The notes under the pieces: generated by a model
The model's input: the letters and a program-made list of their open reading frames with translations, nothing else
The model's database searches: none
Told to the model about the DNA's origin: nothing
Origin: Bacteroidia bacterium
GTDB lineage: Bacteria; Bacteroidota; Bacteroidia; Bacteroidales; Prolixibacteraceae
Assembly (NCBI GenBank): GCA_026391315.1
Contig: JAPLDT010000088.1
Location: forward strand, 6,222 to 70,221
DNA length: 64,000 nt
Direction: 5' to 3'
Shown: in pieces, positions 62,785-64,000 of the stretch
Layout: every line of letters begins with the position of its first letter
Numbering within the stretch: the first letter of the stretch is position 1
Made by a program: the position numbers and the translations under genes

Positions 62785-63651
62785 ATGAACAGAAGAGAGA
62801 TGATCGGGAAAACTGCCGCTTCGGTGGCCTTGTCGGCAACTGTTTTGCCTTTTCAGGAAAGTAGGGCAGCAGAACCGGCTTCAGGCGGATTGAAGGGAAA
62901 TATTCACCATTCGGTAAGCCAATGGTGTTACGGCGACATTCCACTTACAGACCTGGCAAAGGCATGCAAAGAGATGGGAATTGAGTCGATCGAACTGCTC
63001 CAGGAGAAGGATTGGGCAACGGTTCAAGCGCAGGGACTCAAATGTGCCGTTGGATATGCTACCGATTGGGGCATTCCCAAAGGATTCAACAGGATGGAGA
63101 ACCATGATAAACTGGTGGCCGATTTCGAGGCGATGATCCCTAAGGCGGCTGCTGCAGGAGTTCCCAACCTGATCTGTTTCTCCGGTAACCGGGAGGGCCA
63201 AAACGATCAGGTTGGACTGATCAATTGTGCCAAGGGATTGCGCAGGCTTACCCCGCTTGCCGAAAAGCATGGGGTGACGATCATCATGGAGTTGCTCAAC
63301 AGTTATGGCCACAAGGATTATCAGTGTGACCATACGGCCTGGGGCGCTGCCCTTTGCGAGATGGTTGGATCAGATAGGTTTAAGTTGCTGTATGATATTT
63401 TCCACATGCAGATCATGGAGGGGAATGTAATTGACACTATTCGTAAAAACAGCAAGTACATTGGCCACATTCATACCGGAGGTGTTCCCGGCCGGCACGA
63501 ACTGGATGAGACCCAGGAACTTTACTATCCTGCCATCATGAAGGCAATTGTCGATACCGGTTACAAAGGTTTTGTCGGACAGGAGTTTGTGCCAACCAAC
63601 CCCGACAAACTGGCGGCGCTACGCAAATGCATTCTGATATGCGATGTTTAG
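62785..63651 (+). CDS. Xylose-isomerase-like TIM-barrel protein (hydroxypyruvate-isomerase-like) with Tat signal
   Basis: I start it at the ATG at 62785 (MNRREMIGKTAASVALSATVLP). It also shows IIMELLNS, YDIFHMQIMEG and HIHTGG. The track ORF starts at an upstream GTG. Confidence 0.8.
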   Translation: MNRREMIGKTAASVALSATVLPFQESRAAEPASGGLKGNIHHSVSQWCYGDIPLTDLAKACKEMGIESIELLQEKDWATVQAQGLKCAVGYATDWGIPKGFNRMENHDKLVADFEAMIPKAAAAGVPNLICFSGNREGQNDQVGLINCAKGLRRLTPLAEKHGVTIIMELLNSYGHKDYQCDHTAWGAALCEMVGSDRFKLLYDIFHMQIMEGNVIDTIRKNSKYIGHIHTGGVPGRHELDETQELYYPAIMKAIVDTGYKGFVGQEFVPTNPDKLAALRKCILICDV

Positions 63652-63659
63652 GAAGTCAG

Positions 63660-63868
63660 AAAACCTTATTTTTTCGGGTAACCTTAGTAGAAATAAGGTA
63701 ATGTATTTATGATACTCGCCCGCGCTCAAATACTGCCTGGAACTTGCATTTTGGGATCGGGCGGAATAAACAAATAATGAAAGTTGAATTCTCCGAATAA
63801 GGTAATAAGCTTGGGGTTGTCTCTTTTCATTCTGTTTCTACTAAGGTTACCTTAAAAAATAAGGTTTT
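63660..63868. mobile_element. MITE-like element of about 209 bp with 34-bp terminal inverted repeats
   Basis: The left TIR at 63660-63693 is AAAACCTTATTTTTTCGGGTAACCTTAGTAGAAA. The right TIR at 63835-63868 is TTTCTACTAAGGTTACCTTAAAAAATAAGGTTTT. They match with 3 mismatches. It belongs to the same family as 54077-54243. Confidence 0.7.
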
Positions 63869-64000
63869 ACAGATCCTATTTTTTTGTACAATTATTTGGA
63901 ATGCAATGCAATCTGAAAAGGTTGAATAAAACTTTAAACAGTTTCAAAAAATTAGAAACACCTCAAACAATTTTCAAACACTTCAAACCCTATAGACACT

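Overview
This window looks like Bacteroidota chromosome. The evidence is a UpxY/NusG-like antiterminator, a very large SLBB-type Wza, GH92 and DUF4838 proteins, Tat/lipoprotein sugar oxidoreductases, and no Shine-Dalgarno-like leaders.

Positions 1-45991 are one long minus-strand surface-polysaccharide locus. In transcription order it reads: upxY, rmlA, rmlC, a wbpE/D/B/A-like set for 2,3-diacetamido-uronic acid, an embedded wHTH regulator, wza, a toxin-antitoxin islet, and wzz. A dense sugar-nucleotide block of about 29 kb follows. That block holds a heptose pathway with its own transaldolase, many SDR, aminotransferase and methyltransferase genes, a ThDP E1 alpha/beta pair, wzx, and neuC/neuB/neuA with a KdnB/KdnA-like pair. 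No classical GT2/GT4 glycosyltransferase, Wzy or initiating transferase is present, so the locus probably continues left of position 1.

Positions 46439-63651 carry glycan-utilisation genes: GH92, tandem DUF1080, Gfo/Idh/MocA, xylose-isomerase-like TIM barrels, an aldose epimerase, DUF4838, and an ogt.

I found no rRNA, tRNA, CRISPR array, transposase or recombinase.

The most unusual content is non-genic. From about 29 kb onward nearly every intergenic spacer is a mosaic of short repeat words (ACGAAT triplets, a 25-nt CCCTTCGGCTACGCTCAGGGACCGG unit, GTTTGAAAT, TTTCACAT, CCCAGTC, GGGAAGA, CACAGAG) arranged as long inverted repeats.
- Two inverted-repeat pairs bracket four-helix-bundle (23S rRNA IVS protein / Avd-like) genes.
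- One 30-bp pair brackets 241 bp directly upstream of upxY, which is inverton-like architecture.
- Members of the same repeat families are inserted in frame inside the GH92 and DUF4838 coding sequences.

The low-GC 1-29 kb block lacks these repeats entirely. All family assignments come from reading the translations by eye. No searches were run.
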